In this document: positions 1-9,366 of the stretch, one piece after another
How positions within the stretch are numbered: position 1 is the stretch's first letter
How the letters are laid out: every line of letters starts with the position of its first letter
Source: Nostoc sp. PCC 7120 = FACHB-418
GTDB lineage: Bacteria > Cyanobacteriota > Cyanobacteriia > Cyanobacteriales > Nostocaceae
Assembly (NCBI RefSeq): GCF_000009705.1
Contig: NC_003272.1
Coordinates: 2,940,001-2,972,000 of the forward strand
Length of the DNA: 32,000 bases
Reading direction: 5' to 3'
The notes under the pieces: model-generated
What the model was told of the DNA's origin: nothing
Databases searched by the model: none
What the model saw: only the letters and a program-made list of their open reading frames with translations
Program-made: the position numbers and the translations under genes

Positions 1-1
1 T

Positions 2-490
2 CTCAAAACGCAGTTAGATGAACGCAGTACGCAATATATGCGGATCGCGGCAGATTTTGAAAATTACCGCAAGCGCACTCAAAAAGAAAAAGAAGAGTTG
101 GACTTACAGGTAAAACGAAACACAATTTTGGAGTTGCTACCTATTGTCGATAATTTTGAGCGGGCGCGATCGCATCTTAAGCCACAAACTGAAAGTGAGA
201 TGACAATTCACAAAAGTTATCAAGGAGTATACAAACAACTCGTAGATTCCCTGAAGCGCCTGGGTGTATCACCAATGCGTCCCGAAGGACAAGAGTTTGA
301 TCCCAACCTTCATGAAGCAGTAATGCGGGAACCTACTGATGAACATCCTGAAGGAACAGTGTTAGAAGAGTTAGTACGTGGATATTACTTGGGCGATCGC
401 GTGCTACGCCATTCTATGGTCAAGGTGGCTGCTCCAAAGGAAGATACGCTGCCTGCACAAGAAAATCAGTCGAGTCCAGCCGACAGTTAA
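2..490 (+). CDS. grpE: Nucleotide exchange factor GrpE, 5' end cut by the window edge
   Basis: The frame is open from base 2 ([25 protein letters not shown]...). It has the GrpE hallmark FENYRKR and the C-terminal [16 protein letters not shown]. It lies directly upstream of dnaK. Confidence 0.95.
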   Translation, partial: LKTQLDERSTQYMRIAADFENYRKRTQKEKEELDLQVKRNTILELLPIVDNFERARSHLKPQTESEMTIHKSYQGVYKQLVDSLKRLGVSPMRPEGQEFDPNLHEAVMREPTDEHPEGTVLEELVRGYYLGDRVLRHSMVKVAAPKEDTLPAQENQSSPADS

Positions 491-552
491 GCTGTATCAG
501 CTCGCCTCGCTGACCAATAGTGCTTAGGTCATAGAAGAGGCGAGCATTGTTA

Positions 553-596
553 GGGATTGGGGACTGGGGACTGGAGATTGGGAACTGGGGACTGGG
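553..596. repeat. Tandem heptanucleotide array (GGGGACT and variants, about 6 units)
   Basis: Read directly: gggattg gggactg gggactg gagattg ggaactg gggactg gg, in the grpE-dnaK spacer. Confidence 0.9.
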
Positions 597-659
597 TAAT
601 AGTAAAACTTCTGCCTAGCGCCTGCGGTTTGCCTTCAGCGACTACCTCCTATCTTCTTC

Positions 660-685
660 AATTTTGAATTTTGAATTTTGAATTG
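660..685. repeat. Tandem heptanucleotide array (AATTTTG x3 plus a partial unit)
   Basis: Read directly: aattttg aattttg aattttg aattg. Confidence 0.9.
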
Positions 686-772
686 ACTTAGCTTCCTAAC
701 ATTAAAGTCAGCCTAAGTTCGTACCCAAAAAAAGATAGTTCGCGCAAAAGCACTCAGTAAAAATATTTACGT

Positions 773-2734
773 ATGGGAAAAGTTATTGGGATCGACTTAG
801 GCACGACAAATAGTTGTGTCGCGGTTTTGGAAGGTGGTCAACCGATAGTGATCGCCAATTCTGAAGGCGGAAGAACCACACCGAGCATTGTGGGGTTTGG
901 CAAAAGTGGCGATCGCTTGGTCGGTCAACTAGCAAAACGCCAAGCTGTAACTAATGCCGAAAACACGATTTTTAGCATTAAACGGTTTATCGGTCGTCGT
1001 TGGGAAGATACAGAAACAGAACGCGATCGTGTACCTTATGGCTGTGTCAAAGGTCGAGATGATACTGTTGATGTGCAGATTCGTGGACGAAATTACACGC
1101 CCCAAGAAATATCCGCTATGATTCTGCAAAAACTCAAACAGGACGCGGAAAACTTTTTGGGTGAAGCAGTTACACAAGCAGTAATTACCGTACCTGCCTA
1201 TTTTACTGACGCTCAAAGACAAGCTACTAAAGATGCTGGTACTATTGCCGGGCTGGAAGTTTTAAGAATTATCAATGAACCAACGGCTGCGGCTTTAGCC
1301 TTTGGGTTAGAAAAGCAAGACCAAGAGCAGCTAATTTTAGTTTTTGACTTGGGCGGCGGAACTTTTGACGTATCGATCCTCCAATTGGGGGACGGTGTAT
1401 TTGAAGTCAAAGCCACCAGTGGTAATAATCAACTAGGTGGTGATGACTTTGACGGCTGTGTCGTGTGTTGGATGATTGAACGATTCCAACAACAAGAAAA
1501 AATCGACCTAGCCCAAGATAAGATGGCGCTGCAACGCTTACGAGAAGCAGCCGAGAAAGCTAAAATTGAACTCTCCAGTATGGCAAGTACCTCAATTAAC
1601 TTGCCTTTTATTACGGCTGATGAAACTGGACCCAAGCATCTAGAAATGGAACTTAGTCGTTCTAAGTTTGAAGAGTTGGTAGGACAGTTAATTGAAGCTA
1701 CCATCCAGCCAATGATTCAAGCCCTTAAAGATGCAGATCTGAAACCACAAGATATAGATAAGATTATTTTGGTGGGTGGTTCTACCCGTATTCCGGCGGT
1801 GCAGAATGCCTTAATCAAGTTTTTTAACGGTAAAGCCCCAGACCGTTCGGTTAATCCTGATGAAGCCGTAGCTCTGGGTGCAGCAATTCAAGCTGGGGTA
1901 CTAGGTGGCGAAGTTGATAATCTCTTGCTATTGGATGTCACACCTTTATCTTTAGGGATTGAAACTTTAGGAGAAGTATTCACCAAAATCATCGAACGTA
2001 ACACCACAATTCCTACCAGCAAATCTCAAATATTTTCCACTGCTGTTGATGGTCAAACCTCGGTAGAAATCCACATCCTCCAAGGTGAACGGACAATGGC
2101 ACGGGATAACAAGAGCTTAGGCAAATTTCTTTTGGCAGGCATTCCTCCAGCATCCCGTGGAGTCCCACAAATTGAAGTTTCCTTTGAAATTGATGTCAAC
2201 GGCATTCTCAAAGTTGCTGCTCAAGATAAAGGCACAGGCAGAGAACAAAGTATTAGAATTACTAATACTGGTGGATTAAGTACCAATGAAGTGGAAAGAA
2301 TGCGGCAAGAAGCAGAAGTTTTTGCAGAAGAAGATAGGAGACGCAAAGAACTGGTCGAATTGAAAAATCAAGCAGATAATTTGTTGATTATTTATGAATC
2401 TACTTTAAAAGATAATGGTGATTTAATTGGAGAACAAATAAAAGTTTTAGCCAACGAAAAAGTTGCACAAATTCAGAGTGTAATGACTAATCCTGCCATC
2501 TCCCTCAAAGAGTTTCAACAATGTTTAGATGATTTCCAACAAACACTCTTTTCTATCGGCGCTAATGTTTACCAGCGAGCTAACACTCAAACAGATGATG
2601 AATTAGAGGTAATGTCTGATGGTTCATCACCTTCAGATATAGAACACCCCATCAGTGGAACCTTAATACCACAATTTAACTTTGATTTTGATGATGAAAG
2701 TACAGCACAGGCTGATTATGAAGCGATAGATTAG
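773..2734 (+). CDS. dnaK: Hsp70 chaperone DnaK (the paralog adjacent to grpE)
   Basis: 653-aa ORF with Hsp70 signatures [20 protein letters not shown] and [10 protein letters not shown]. It has an ATG start and grpE/dnaJ neighbours. Confidence 0.97.
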   Translation: MGKVIGIDLGTTNSCVAVLEGGQPIVIANSEGGRTTPSIVGFGKSGDRLVGQLAKRQAVTNAENTIFSIKRFIGRRWEDTETERDRVPYGCVKGRDDTVDVQIRGRNYTPQEISAMILQKLKQDAENFLGEAVTQAVITVPAYFTDAQRQATKDAGTIAGLEVLRIINEPTAAALAFGLEKQDQEQLILVFDLGGGTFDVSILQLGDGVFEVKATSGNNQLGGDDFDGCVVCWMIERFQQQEKIDLAQDKMALQRLREAAEKAKIELSSMASTSINLPFITADETGPKHLEMELSRSKFEELVGQLIEATIQPMIQALKDADLKPQDIDKIILVGGSTRIPAVQNALIKFFNGKAPDRSVNPDEAVALGAAIQAGVLGGEVDNLLLLDVTPLSLGIETLGEVFTKIIERNTTIPTSKSQIFSTAVDGQTSVEIHILQGERTMARDNKSLGKFLLAGIPPASRGVPQIEVSFEIDVNGILKVAAQDKGTGREQSIRITNTGGLSTNEVERMRQEAEVFAEEDRRRKELVELKNQADNLLIIYESTLKDNGDLIGEQIKVLANEKVAQIQSVMTNPAISLKEFQQCLDDFQQTLFSIGANVYQRANTQTDDELEVMSDGSSPSDIEHPISGTLIPQFNFDFDDESTAQADYEAID

Positions 2735-2777
2735 AGATTGGGTATCGGCGATTAAGTATTAGCTATTGAGAATTAAA

Positions 2778-2987
2778 TATAGGAATATGATTTGATAATT
2801 GAAAAAATCTCAGTCTGTAGGGTGGGCAAGGAGCAACGAACGTCACTTGCTCCAAGCTGGGGAATCCTTTCGGCAGTTGCTCATGGAGAAACCCCATGAG
2901 CCAATCCTCCCCTGTCGGAGACGCTACGCGAACACCAACGCAGTGGCTCCCCTACATACATTTCAGCAATCAAGTATGAATCCTATA
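2778..2987 (+). mobile_element. MITE-like dispersed repeat, family 1, copy 1 (about 210 bp)
   Basis: Imperfect terminal inverted repeats (TATAGGAATATGATTTGAT ... ATCAAGTATGAATCCTATA). The ends and internal blocks (cacttgctccaagc, caacgcagtggctcccctac) are shared with 10545-10740 in the same orientation. Confidence 0.7.
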
Positions 2988-3359
2988 GTAAATAATCCCC
3001 AGTTCCCAGTCCCTAATCTCTAATCCCCAACATGGAGGGTTTTCCACACCTAATCGTGCGGCTAGCCCCTCTAGTTCATGAAGGGGTTTCCTCGTAGCAC
3101 GTAGCACAATTGTAAAAGAGACAGCCGACTTAGCAGTGAAAGCCCAAACTTATGGTTCCCCTGCTCCTAACTTCGGTTGCTTTTTCCGTTTTACGAGGAA
3201 AGTACCCATTACTTGACTTGTTAATGATTTTTGTTAAAGGTAAAAGGTAAAATCAGTTATTAACATAATTTAACTTTGCCTTCTATCTAGCCCCGGCAAG
3301 TTGACCTTGTGGTGTCTACTGCCTATTGCTTTCTTCCTCCTAACCTTTACCTTTGCTAT

Positions 3360-4490
3360 ATGGCCCGCGACTATTATGAGATTCTAGGCGTTGCTCGTGA
3401 CGCTGACAAAGAAGAAATCAAACAAGCCTACCGCCGTCTAGCCCGGAAATATCACCCTGATGTGAATAAAGAACCGGGAGCCGAAGAGCGTTTTAAGGAA
3501 ATTAACCGTGCTTATGAAGTACTTTCTGAGCCGGAAACCCGCGCACGTTACGATCGCTTCGGTCCGGAAGGTGTTTCAGGTGCTGGTGTCGGCTTCCAAG
3601 ATATGAGCGATATGGGTGGTTTCGCCGATATCTTTGAAAGTATTTTCAGTGGTTTTGCTGGTGGCGGTATGGGTGGCCCAACGCAGCAAAGAAGACGCGG
3701 CGGGCCAGCGCGGGGTGATGATTTACGGCTAGACCTAAAGTTAGACTTTCGAGAAGCGGTATTCGGTGGGGAAAAGGAAATTCGCATTTCCCATTTAGAA
3801 ACCTGTGAAACCTGTAGTGGTTCAGGAGCAAAACCAGGAACTCGTCCCCGCACTTGTTCGACTTGTAGCGGTTCCGGTCAAGTCCGCCGCGTCACCAGAA
3901 CCCCATTTGGTAGCTTTACTCAAGTCTCTACTTGTCCTACCTGTAATGGTACAGGCATGGTAATTGAAGACAAATGTGATACTTGTGATGGTAAGGGGAC
4001 AAATCAAGTTACCAAAAAACTAAAAATTACCATTCCCGCAGGTGTGGACAATGGTACGCGCTTACGTATCAAAGACGAAGGTGATGCGGGTCAACGTGGT
4101 GGACCTCCAGGGGATTTATATGTATACCTATTCGTCAATGAAGACGAAGAATTTCAACGGGATGGCATTAATGTTATCTCGGAAATTAAAGTTAGCTACT
4201 TGCAAGCAATTTTAGGTTGCCGGCTAGAAGTAAACACAGTAGATGGGCCTGTGGAGTTGATTATTCCTGCGGGTACTCAACCGAATACGGTGATGAAACT
4301 AGAAAATCGTGGTGTACCTCGCTTGGGGAATCCTGTTAGTCGGGGCGATCATCTGTTAACAGTATTAATTGATATCCCCACTAAAGTAATCCCTGAGGAG
4401 AGAGAATTGCTAGAGAAGCTGGCTAAAATTAAGGGAGACCGTACCGGTAAAGGTGGTCTGGAAGGATTTTTGGGAAATTTGTTTAAGTAA
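3360..4490 (+). CDS. dnaJ: Co-chaperone DnaJ (type I: J domain, G/F region, four CxxCxGxG zinc motifs)
   Basis: [11 protein letters not shown]...KYHPD is the J domain. The zinc motifs are [24 protein letters not shown] and CDTCDGKG. The ATG at 3360 is preferred over the GTG at 3309 in the ORF track. Confidence 0.95.
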
Positions 4491-4747
4491 TGACGCTCTC
4501 TTCTGTTTCAACGCCTGATGCTCAACTTGACCTCCGTGGCACTCCTTGTCCGATTAATTTCGTGCGAACAAAACTCCGTTTGGAGAAAATGCCCCCAGGA
4601 GCATTATTGGAAGTCTGGTTAGACCCAGGGGAACCAATTGAGCAAGTTCCTGATAGCTTGACAATGGCAGGTTATCAGGTAGAACAAATCACAGACTGTA
4701 CTGGCTATTTTTCTTTATTAATCCGCCGTCCTGTAACTGCCCAATGA
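4490..4747 (+). CDS. TusA/SirA-family sulfurtransferase-like small protein
   Basis: 85 aa with LDLRGTPCPINFVRTK (a CPxP-type active-site motif). Its start overlaps the dnaJ stop (TAATG) and its stop overlaps the rsgA start (ATGA). Confidence 0.8.
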   Translation: MTLSSVSTPDAQLDLRGTPCPINFVRTKLRLEKMPPGALLEVWLDPGEPIEQVPDSLTMAGYQVEQITDCTGYFSLLIRRPVTAQ

Positions 4748-5856
4748 GAGTTTTCACCACTGGACAGTTATTGGGTACGGTTGTAGCCGTGCAGGCCAAT
4801 TTTTACAAAGTACAGCTAGACCAAGAGGTAAGGGAGCAAGGGAGCAGAGGTGCAGGGGAGGAGGTGCATTTAGATTCTCCTCTACCCCTCTGTCCCCTGT
4901 CTCTTCTTCTTTGCACTCGCAGAACCCGGTTGAAAAAAATCGGGCAACAGGTGATGGTGGGCGATCGCGTGGTCGTAGAGGAGCCAGATTGGGCTGGGGG
5001 ACGGGGGGCGATCGCTGATGTTCTATCGCGGCAAACCCAGTTAGATAGGCCACCAATCGCCAATGCTGACCAAATCCTGCTGGTTTTTGCTGTGGCTGAC
5101 CCTCCCCTCGAACCCTATCAACTTAGCCGATTTCTCGTGAAGGCGGAAACTACTGGACTAGATGTGGTTTTATGTTTGAATAAAAGCGATCTAGTTTCAC
5201 CAGAAATACAGCAACAAATTAGCGATCGCCTATTAGCTTGGGGTTATCAACCCTTATTTATTAGCGTCGAAAATCAGATAAATATTGACCAAATAGCCAA
5301 ATATCTCAGCAATAAAATTACCGTAGTTGCTGGCCCTTCTGGTGTGGGTAAATCCAGCTTGATTAATGCTCTGATTCCCAACATTAACCTGCGCGTGGGG
5401 GAAGTTTCCGGTAAACTGGCTCGTGGTCGTCATACCACCCGCCATGTAGAGTTATTTGAGTTACCCAACGGTGGTTTACTGGCAGATACGCCGGGATTTA
5501 ATCAGCCTGATGTGGATTGTAGTCCAGAAGAATTAGTACATTATTTCCCAGAAGCCAGAGAACGTTTAGCGATTGCTAGTTGTCGGTTTAACGACTGCTC
5601 ACATCGAGACGAGCCAGATTGTGCTGTGCGTGGTGATTGGGAACGATATGAACATTATCTAGAATTTTTAGCAGATGCGATCGCCAGGCAAACTCAGCTT
5701 TACCAACAAGCCGATCCCGAATCTACTTTGAAGCTCAAAACCAAAGGCAAAGGTCAGAGTCAATACGAACCTAAACTAGAAAGTAAAAAATATCGCCGAA
5801 CCTCCCGACGCACTCAAGTACAAGGCTTGCAAGATTTGTATCAAGAGGAAGAATAG
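4744..5856 (+). CDS. rsgA: Ribosome small-subunit biogenesis GTPase RsgA/YjeQ (circularly permuted GTPase)
   Basis: The permuted motif order is LNKSDL (G4), then AGPSGVGKSSLINAL (G1), then DTPGF (G3). The C-terminal zinc knuckle is CRFNDCSHRDEPDCAV. A low-complexity insert lies in the N-terminal OB region (see findings). Confidence 0.95.
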   Translation: MRVFTTGQLLGTVVAVQANFYKVQLDQEVREQGSRGAGEEVHLDSPLPLCPLSLLLCTRRTRLKKIGQQVMVGDRVVVEEPDWAGGRGAIADVLSRQTQLDRPPIANADQILLVFAVADPPLEPYQLSRFLVKAETTGLDVVLCLNKSDLVSPEIQQQISDRLLAWGYQPLFISVENQINIDQIAKYLSNKITVVAGPSGVGKSSLINALIPNINLRVGEVSGKLARGRHTTRHVELFELPNGGLLADTPGFNQPDVDCSPEELVHYFPEARERLAIASCRFNDCSHRDEPDCAVRGDWERYEHYLEFLADAIARQTQLYQQADPESTLKLKTKGKGQSQYEPKLESKKYRRTSRRTQVQGLQDLYQEEE

Positions 5857-5866
5857 GGACAATTAA

Positions 5867-5891
5867 GGGGCAGGGAGCAGGGAGCAGGGAG
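5867..5891. repeat. Tandem heptanucleotide array (GGGAGCA-type)
   Basis: Read directly: ggggca gggagca gggagca gggag, just downstream of rsgA. Confidence 0.85.
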
Positions 5892-6054
5892 AATAACTTT
5901 AGCCAGCACTCATGGCTCCCCTCTCATCAGTCAACAGCCAACAGTCATCACTTTTATCAAGTCAATCGGATACGATCCCCAGAAGGTCTTAAAATATTGT
6001 TAATTTCCCCCTTATCCCTCGACCTTCACTTTACAAGTATCACCCCAGAACACT

Positions 6055-7644
6055 ATGGCTATCGGCTACGTCGCGCTCGTACTTCACGCACATCTACCCT
6101 TCGTTCGTCACCCAGAAAGTGACTACGTGCTAGAGGAAGAATGGCTCTATGAAGCCATCACCGAAACATACATTCCCTTGTTGAAAGTATTTGATGGTTT
6201 AAAGCGAGACGGTATCGACTTTAAAATTACTATGAGTATGACACCGCCTCTTGTGTCGATGCTCCGCGATCCTCTATTGCAAGAACGCTATGACGCACAT
6301 TTAGCCCAACTCGAAGAACTGATAGAACTGGAAGGCGAACGTAATGCCCAAAATGGACACCTGCGTTACTTAGCTGAACACTACGCCACTGAGTTTAACG
6401 AAGCGCGTCAGATGTGGGAGCGCTACAACGGTGATTTGGTAACAGCTTTTAAACAGTTCCAAGATTCTAACAACCTAGAAATTATCACTTGTGGTGCTAC
6501 CCACGGCTATTTGCCACTGATGAAAATGTATCCCCAAGCAGTGTGGGCGCAGATTCAGGTGGCTTGTGAACACTACGAGGAAACTTTTGGTCGTCCACCC
6601 AAAGGAATATGGTTGCCGGAATGTGCCTATTATGAAGGGTTGGAACGAATGCTGGCGGATGCCGGTTTACGTTACTTCCTCACTGATGGACATGGTATTT
6701 TGTATGCTCGTCCTCGTCCTCGGTTCGGCACTTATGCGCCAATTTTCACGGAAACTGGTGTTGCAGCCTTCGGTCGAGATCATGAGTCTTCTCAGCAGGT
6801 GTGGTCTTCTGAGGTTGGTTATCCAGGTGCAGCAGAATATCGAGAATTTTATAAAGATTTGGGTTGGGAAGCTGAGTATGAATACATCAAGCCCTACATC
6901 ATGCCCAACGGTCAACGTAAAAATACAGGTATTAAGTATCACAAAATTACTGGACGTGGTTTAGGTTTATCAGATAAAGCACTATACGATCCTTATTGGG
7001 CAAAGGAAAAGGCAGCAGAACACGCAGCCAATTTTATGTATAACCGCGAACGCCAAGCAGAGCATCTGTATGGAATTATGCAGCGTCCGCCGATTATCGT
7101 TTCGCCCTACGATGCTGAATTGTTTGGCCATTGGTGGTATGAAGGGCCTTGGTTTATTGATTACCTGTTTCGCAAGTCATGGTATGACCAAGGAACTTAT
7201 GCGATGACTCATTTGGCAGACTATTTACGGAATGAGCCTACACAACAAGTCTGTCGTCCTTCCCAATCAAGCTGGGGTTATAAGGGTTTCCATGAATATT
7301 GGTTAAATGAAACAAATGCTTGGATTTATCCACATTTGCACAAAGCGGCTGAACGCATGATCGAAATATCTACCCTAGAACCAGAAGATGAGTTGGGATG
7401 GAGGGCGCTTAACCAAGCAGCAAGAGAACTGCTGTTGGCACAATCTTCTGACTGGGCATTTATTATGCGGACGGGAACAATGGTTCCTTATGCTGTGAGA
7501 CGGACGAGATCGCACCTCATGCGTTTTAATAAGCTATACGAAGACGCCAAAGTCGGCAAGTTTGACAGTGGTTGGTTAGAAAAAGTCGAGGTAATGGATA
7601 ACATTTTCCCCAATATTAATTATCGGGTTTACCGTCCTTTGTAA
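6055..7644 (+). CDS. Glycoside hydrolase family 57 protein (putative 1,4-alpha-glucan branching enzyme)
   Basis: 529-aa ORF. The N-terminal VALVLHAHLPFVRHPE and the later WLPECAYY and SPYDAELFGHWWYEG blocks are typical of GH57 as I recall the family. A hairpin terminator follows. Confidence 0.85.
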   Translation: MAIGYVALVLHAHLPFVRHPESDYVLEEEWLYEAITETYIPLLKVFDGLKRDGIDFKITMSMTPPLVSMLRDPLLQERYDAHLAQLEELIELEGERNAQNGHLRYLAEHYATEFNEARQMWERYNGDLVTAFKQFQDSNNLEIITCGATHGYLPLMKMYPQAVWAQIQVACEHYEETFGRPPKGIWLPECAYYEGLERMLADAGLRYFLTDGHGILYARPRPRFGTYAPIFTETGVAAFGRDHESSQQVWSSEVGYPGAAEYREFYKDLGWEAEYEYIKPYIMPNGQRKNTGIKYHKITGRGLGLSDKALYDPYWAKEKAAEHAANFMYNRERQAEHLYGIMQRPPIIVSPYDAELFGHWWYEGPWFIDYLFRKSWYDQGTYAMTHLADYLRNEPTQQVCRPSQSSWGYKGFHEYWLNETNAWIYPHLHKAAERMIEISTLEPEDELGWRALNQAARELLLAQSSDWAFIMRTGTMVPYAVRRTRSHLMRFNKLYEDAKVGKFDSGWLEKVEVMDNIFPNINYRVYRPL

Positions 7645-7717
7645 GGAGTGCTGAGTTGTGAGTGAATCAATTTCATCTCTTGGTTAGCCTCGGACTTCCT
7701 TTTTTGTCATGAAAAGC

Positions 7718-7752
7718 AAAACCCCCAATATCAACGATTGGGGGTTTTATTT
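7718..7752. terminator. Bidirectional rho-independent terminator hairpin
   Basis: AAAACCCCCAAT (7718-7729) pairs with ATTGGGGGTTTT (7737-7748) across a 7-nt loop. A/T runs lie on both sides. It sits between the convergent GH57 gene and the 7776-8003 gene. Confidence 0.85.
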
Positions 7753-7775
7753 GTATGGGTGTAAGCATTTTACTG

Positions 7776-8003
7776 CTATTGGGGCAGAGTCCGGCTGGTG
7801 TAAGCATCCATCGCATAAGCAGGAGCGCGATCGCTGTAATCTATTTCCATACCAGTAATCGATTTCGCCAACTTCTCAAAAGACTCAGAACGCCAGTTGC
7901 GCTCATGGATGGGCTTTTTCTGTTCTCCCAGGAAGTAGGCTAGAGAACCTATAACCGAAGCTGCAACCCAACCTAAAAGTAATACTGCAAATAAGATAGC
8001 CAT
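7776..8003 (-). CDS. Small membrane protein (one N-terminal TM helix), function unknown
   Basis: 75 aa from the ATG at 8003 (MAILFAVLLLGWVAASVIGSLAYFL...). A GAGG Shine-Dalgarno lies about 8 nt upstream, and the terminator lies directly downstream. Confidence 0.6.
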   Translation of the reverse strand: MAILFAVLLLGWVAASVIGSLAYFLGEQKKPIHERNWRSESFEKLAKSITGMEIDYSDRAPAYAMDAYTSRTLPQ

Positions 8004-8200
8004 CACAAACCTCTTTTTTATATTTATGTAACTTTATGTAAATAAATATAACTTTATTGCAACAAAATTTGCAATACCTTTAGAGGTGTGCATACCGATC
8101 AGTCCGGTAGGGTATTTCCCACCTCTAGCTTGAAAGAGCAGGGGGAGAAAAGCATCTTTCTTGTTTGACTGTGAAACTTGCTTCTTCAGGACTTTAAGAA

Positions 8201-8228
8201 ATAAAAAAGACAGGCTGTAGCCTGTCTT
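8201..8228 (-). terminator. Rho-independent terminator of petA
   Basis: AAGACAGGCT (8207-8216) pairs with AGCCTGTCTT (8219-8228). On the minus strand it is followed by TTTTTTAT, 25 nt after the petA stop. Confidence 0.85.
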
Positions 8229-8252
8229 AAAAGTATTGATTTATCAGAGAAT

Positions 8253-9254
8253 TTAGAAATTCATTTCCGCAGCTTGGACTTTTTCCACCTGCTTCTTCTT
8301 CAGAACTAGCATGACTTGAGCTAACATCACCAGAGCAACGAAAGCAATCAACCAGCCAACTCTATTAGCATCTTGGAGAACAATTTCTGCGTCTAGTTGA
8401 CCGAAACCACCAACGTTAGGGTTATTGGTCAAAGCGTCGCCTGCTGTCACTGCTTGTCCTTCAGAAACAATCAGTTCTGGGCCTGCGGGAATAGTGTCGC
8501 TGACAACCTCTCCAGACTCAGTTTTGATGTCTACTAAATATTTAACGCTACCATCTTCGCCTTCTTGTTTAGCAATCTTGCTAATTGTACCGGTAGCAGC
8601 AGCGCTATAAAGGTTGTTGTTGCTCTTTTCACCTGTAGGATAAACTTGTCCGCGTCCCCGGTTGCCACCAACATGAACTGAATATTTACCGAAGTGAATG
8701 TTCTTGTCGTTGGCGGGGTTGGGAGAAAGAACAGGGAAGACGATTTCCTGATACTGTTCACCGGGTAAAGGCCCGACAATGACGATGTTGTCTTTATCTT
8801 CGCCGTAGGGTTGGAAGTAAACATCGCCGATTTCTTCTTTCAGTTCTTCGGGAATGCGGTCTTCAGGAGCAATCTTGAAGCCTTCGGGTAACATCAGTAC
8901 AGCACCGACGTTTAAGCCGACCTTAGAGCCATCAGCACCAACTTGTTGCACGCTGGTGTCGTAAGGGATTTTGACAACTGCTTTAAATACGGTGTCGGGT
9001 AGTACGGATTGAGGAACTTCTACTTCTGTGGGCTTTGCTGCTAGGTGACAGTTAGCGCAAACAATTCTACCTGTCGGTTCGCGGGGGGTTTCTGGGTAAG
9101 TTTGCTGCGCCCAGAAAGGATATGCAGCAGCTGATTGGGGAAGGGCTAAGTCGCTGGTGAAGAAAAATGTCACGCTGGCGATCGCTATGAACAATGTTTT
9201 TACCATCGCTCTAGCAGTGCGAGTTAACCTCGCTCTTGTACAAGCATTTCTCAT
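8253..9254 (-). CDS. petA: Cytochrome f (apocytochrome f precursor)
   Basis: A signal peptide is followed by the mature N-terminus [26 protein letters not shown] (CxxCH heme site). There is a C-terminal TM anchor. An alternative internal start (MVKTLF, 9206) is possible. Confidence 0.97.
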   Translation of the reverse strand: MRNACTRARLTRTARAMVKTLFIAIASVTFFFTSDLALPQSAAAYPFWAQQTYPETPREPTGRIVCANCHLAAKPTEVEVPQSVLPDTVFKAVVKIPYDTSVQQVGADGSKVGLNVGAVLMLPEGFKIAPEDRIPEELKEEIGDVYFQPYGEDKDNIVIVGPLPGEQYQEIVFPVLSPNPANDKNIHFGKYSVHVGGNRGRGQVYPTGEKSNNNLYSAAATGTISKIAKQEGEDGSVKYLVDIKTESGEVVSDTIPAGPELIVSEGQAVTAGDALTNNPNVGGFGQLDAEIVLQDANRVGWLIAFVALVMLAQVMLVLKKKQVEKVQAAEMNF

Positions 9255-9294
9255 CTCTATAGGGGCAACGATTGAATTTAGTCAAGAGTCAATA

Positions 9295-9323
9295 GTCAGT
9301 GGTCAGTGGTCAGTGGTCAGTGG
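9295..9323. repeat. Tandem heptanucleotide array (GTCAGTG x4) in the petC-petA spacer
   Basis: Read directly: gtcagtg gtcagtg gtcagtg gtcagtg g. Confidence 0.9.
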
Positions 9324-9366
9324 CAAATTCACAACTAACAACTGACTACTGACACAGAACAAATCA

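Noticed and set aside
929-1704. Three minus-strand ORFs (929-1222, 1213-1416, 1429-1704) antisense to dnaK.
   Set aside because: They lie entirely inside a strongly supported Hsp70 gene and have low-complexity products with no motifs. They are typical antisense shadow ORFs.
2799-3023. A 74-aa plus-strand ORF between dnaK and dnaJ, and a 60-aa minus-strand ORF at 10544-10726.
   Set aside because: Both lie inside copies of the same MITE-like repeat. The two ORFs are on opposite strands although the repeat copies share the same orientation, so no reading frame is conserved. They are treated as non-coding repeat sequence.
3309-3359. The GTG-initiated 17-codon N-terminal extension of dnaJ in the ORF track.
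   Set aside because: DnaJ proteins begin at the J domain (MA.DYYE.LGV). The ATG at 3360 gives exactly that, and the extension is hydrophobic junk.
4754-5063. Two long minus-strand ORFs antisense to the 5' part of rsgA.
   Set aside because: They are created by the G/C-rich repeat insert and are Pro/Arg/Ser-rich. They overlap a well-supported GTPase gene.
6566-6964. An alternative-frame plus-strand ORF and a minus-strand ORF inside the GH57 gene.
   Set aside because: They are internal to a 529-aa conserved ORF and have no start context or motifs.
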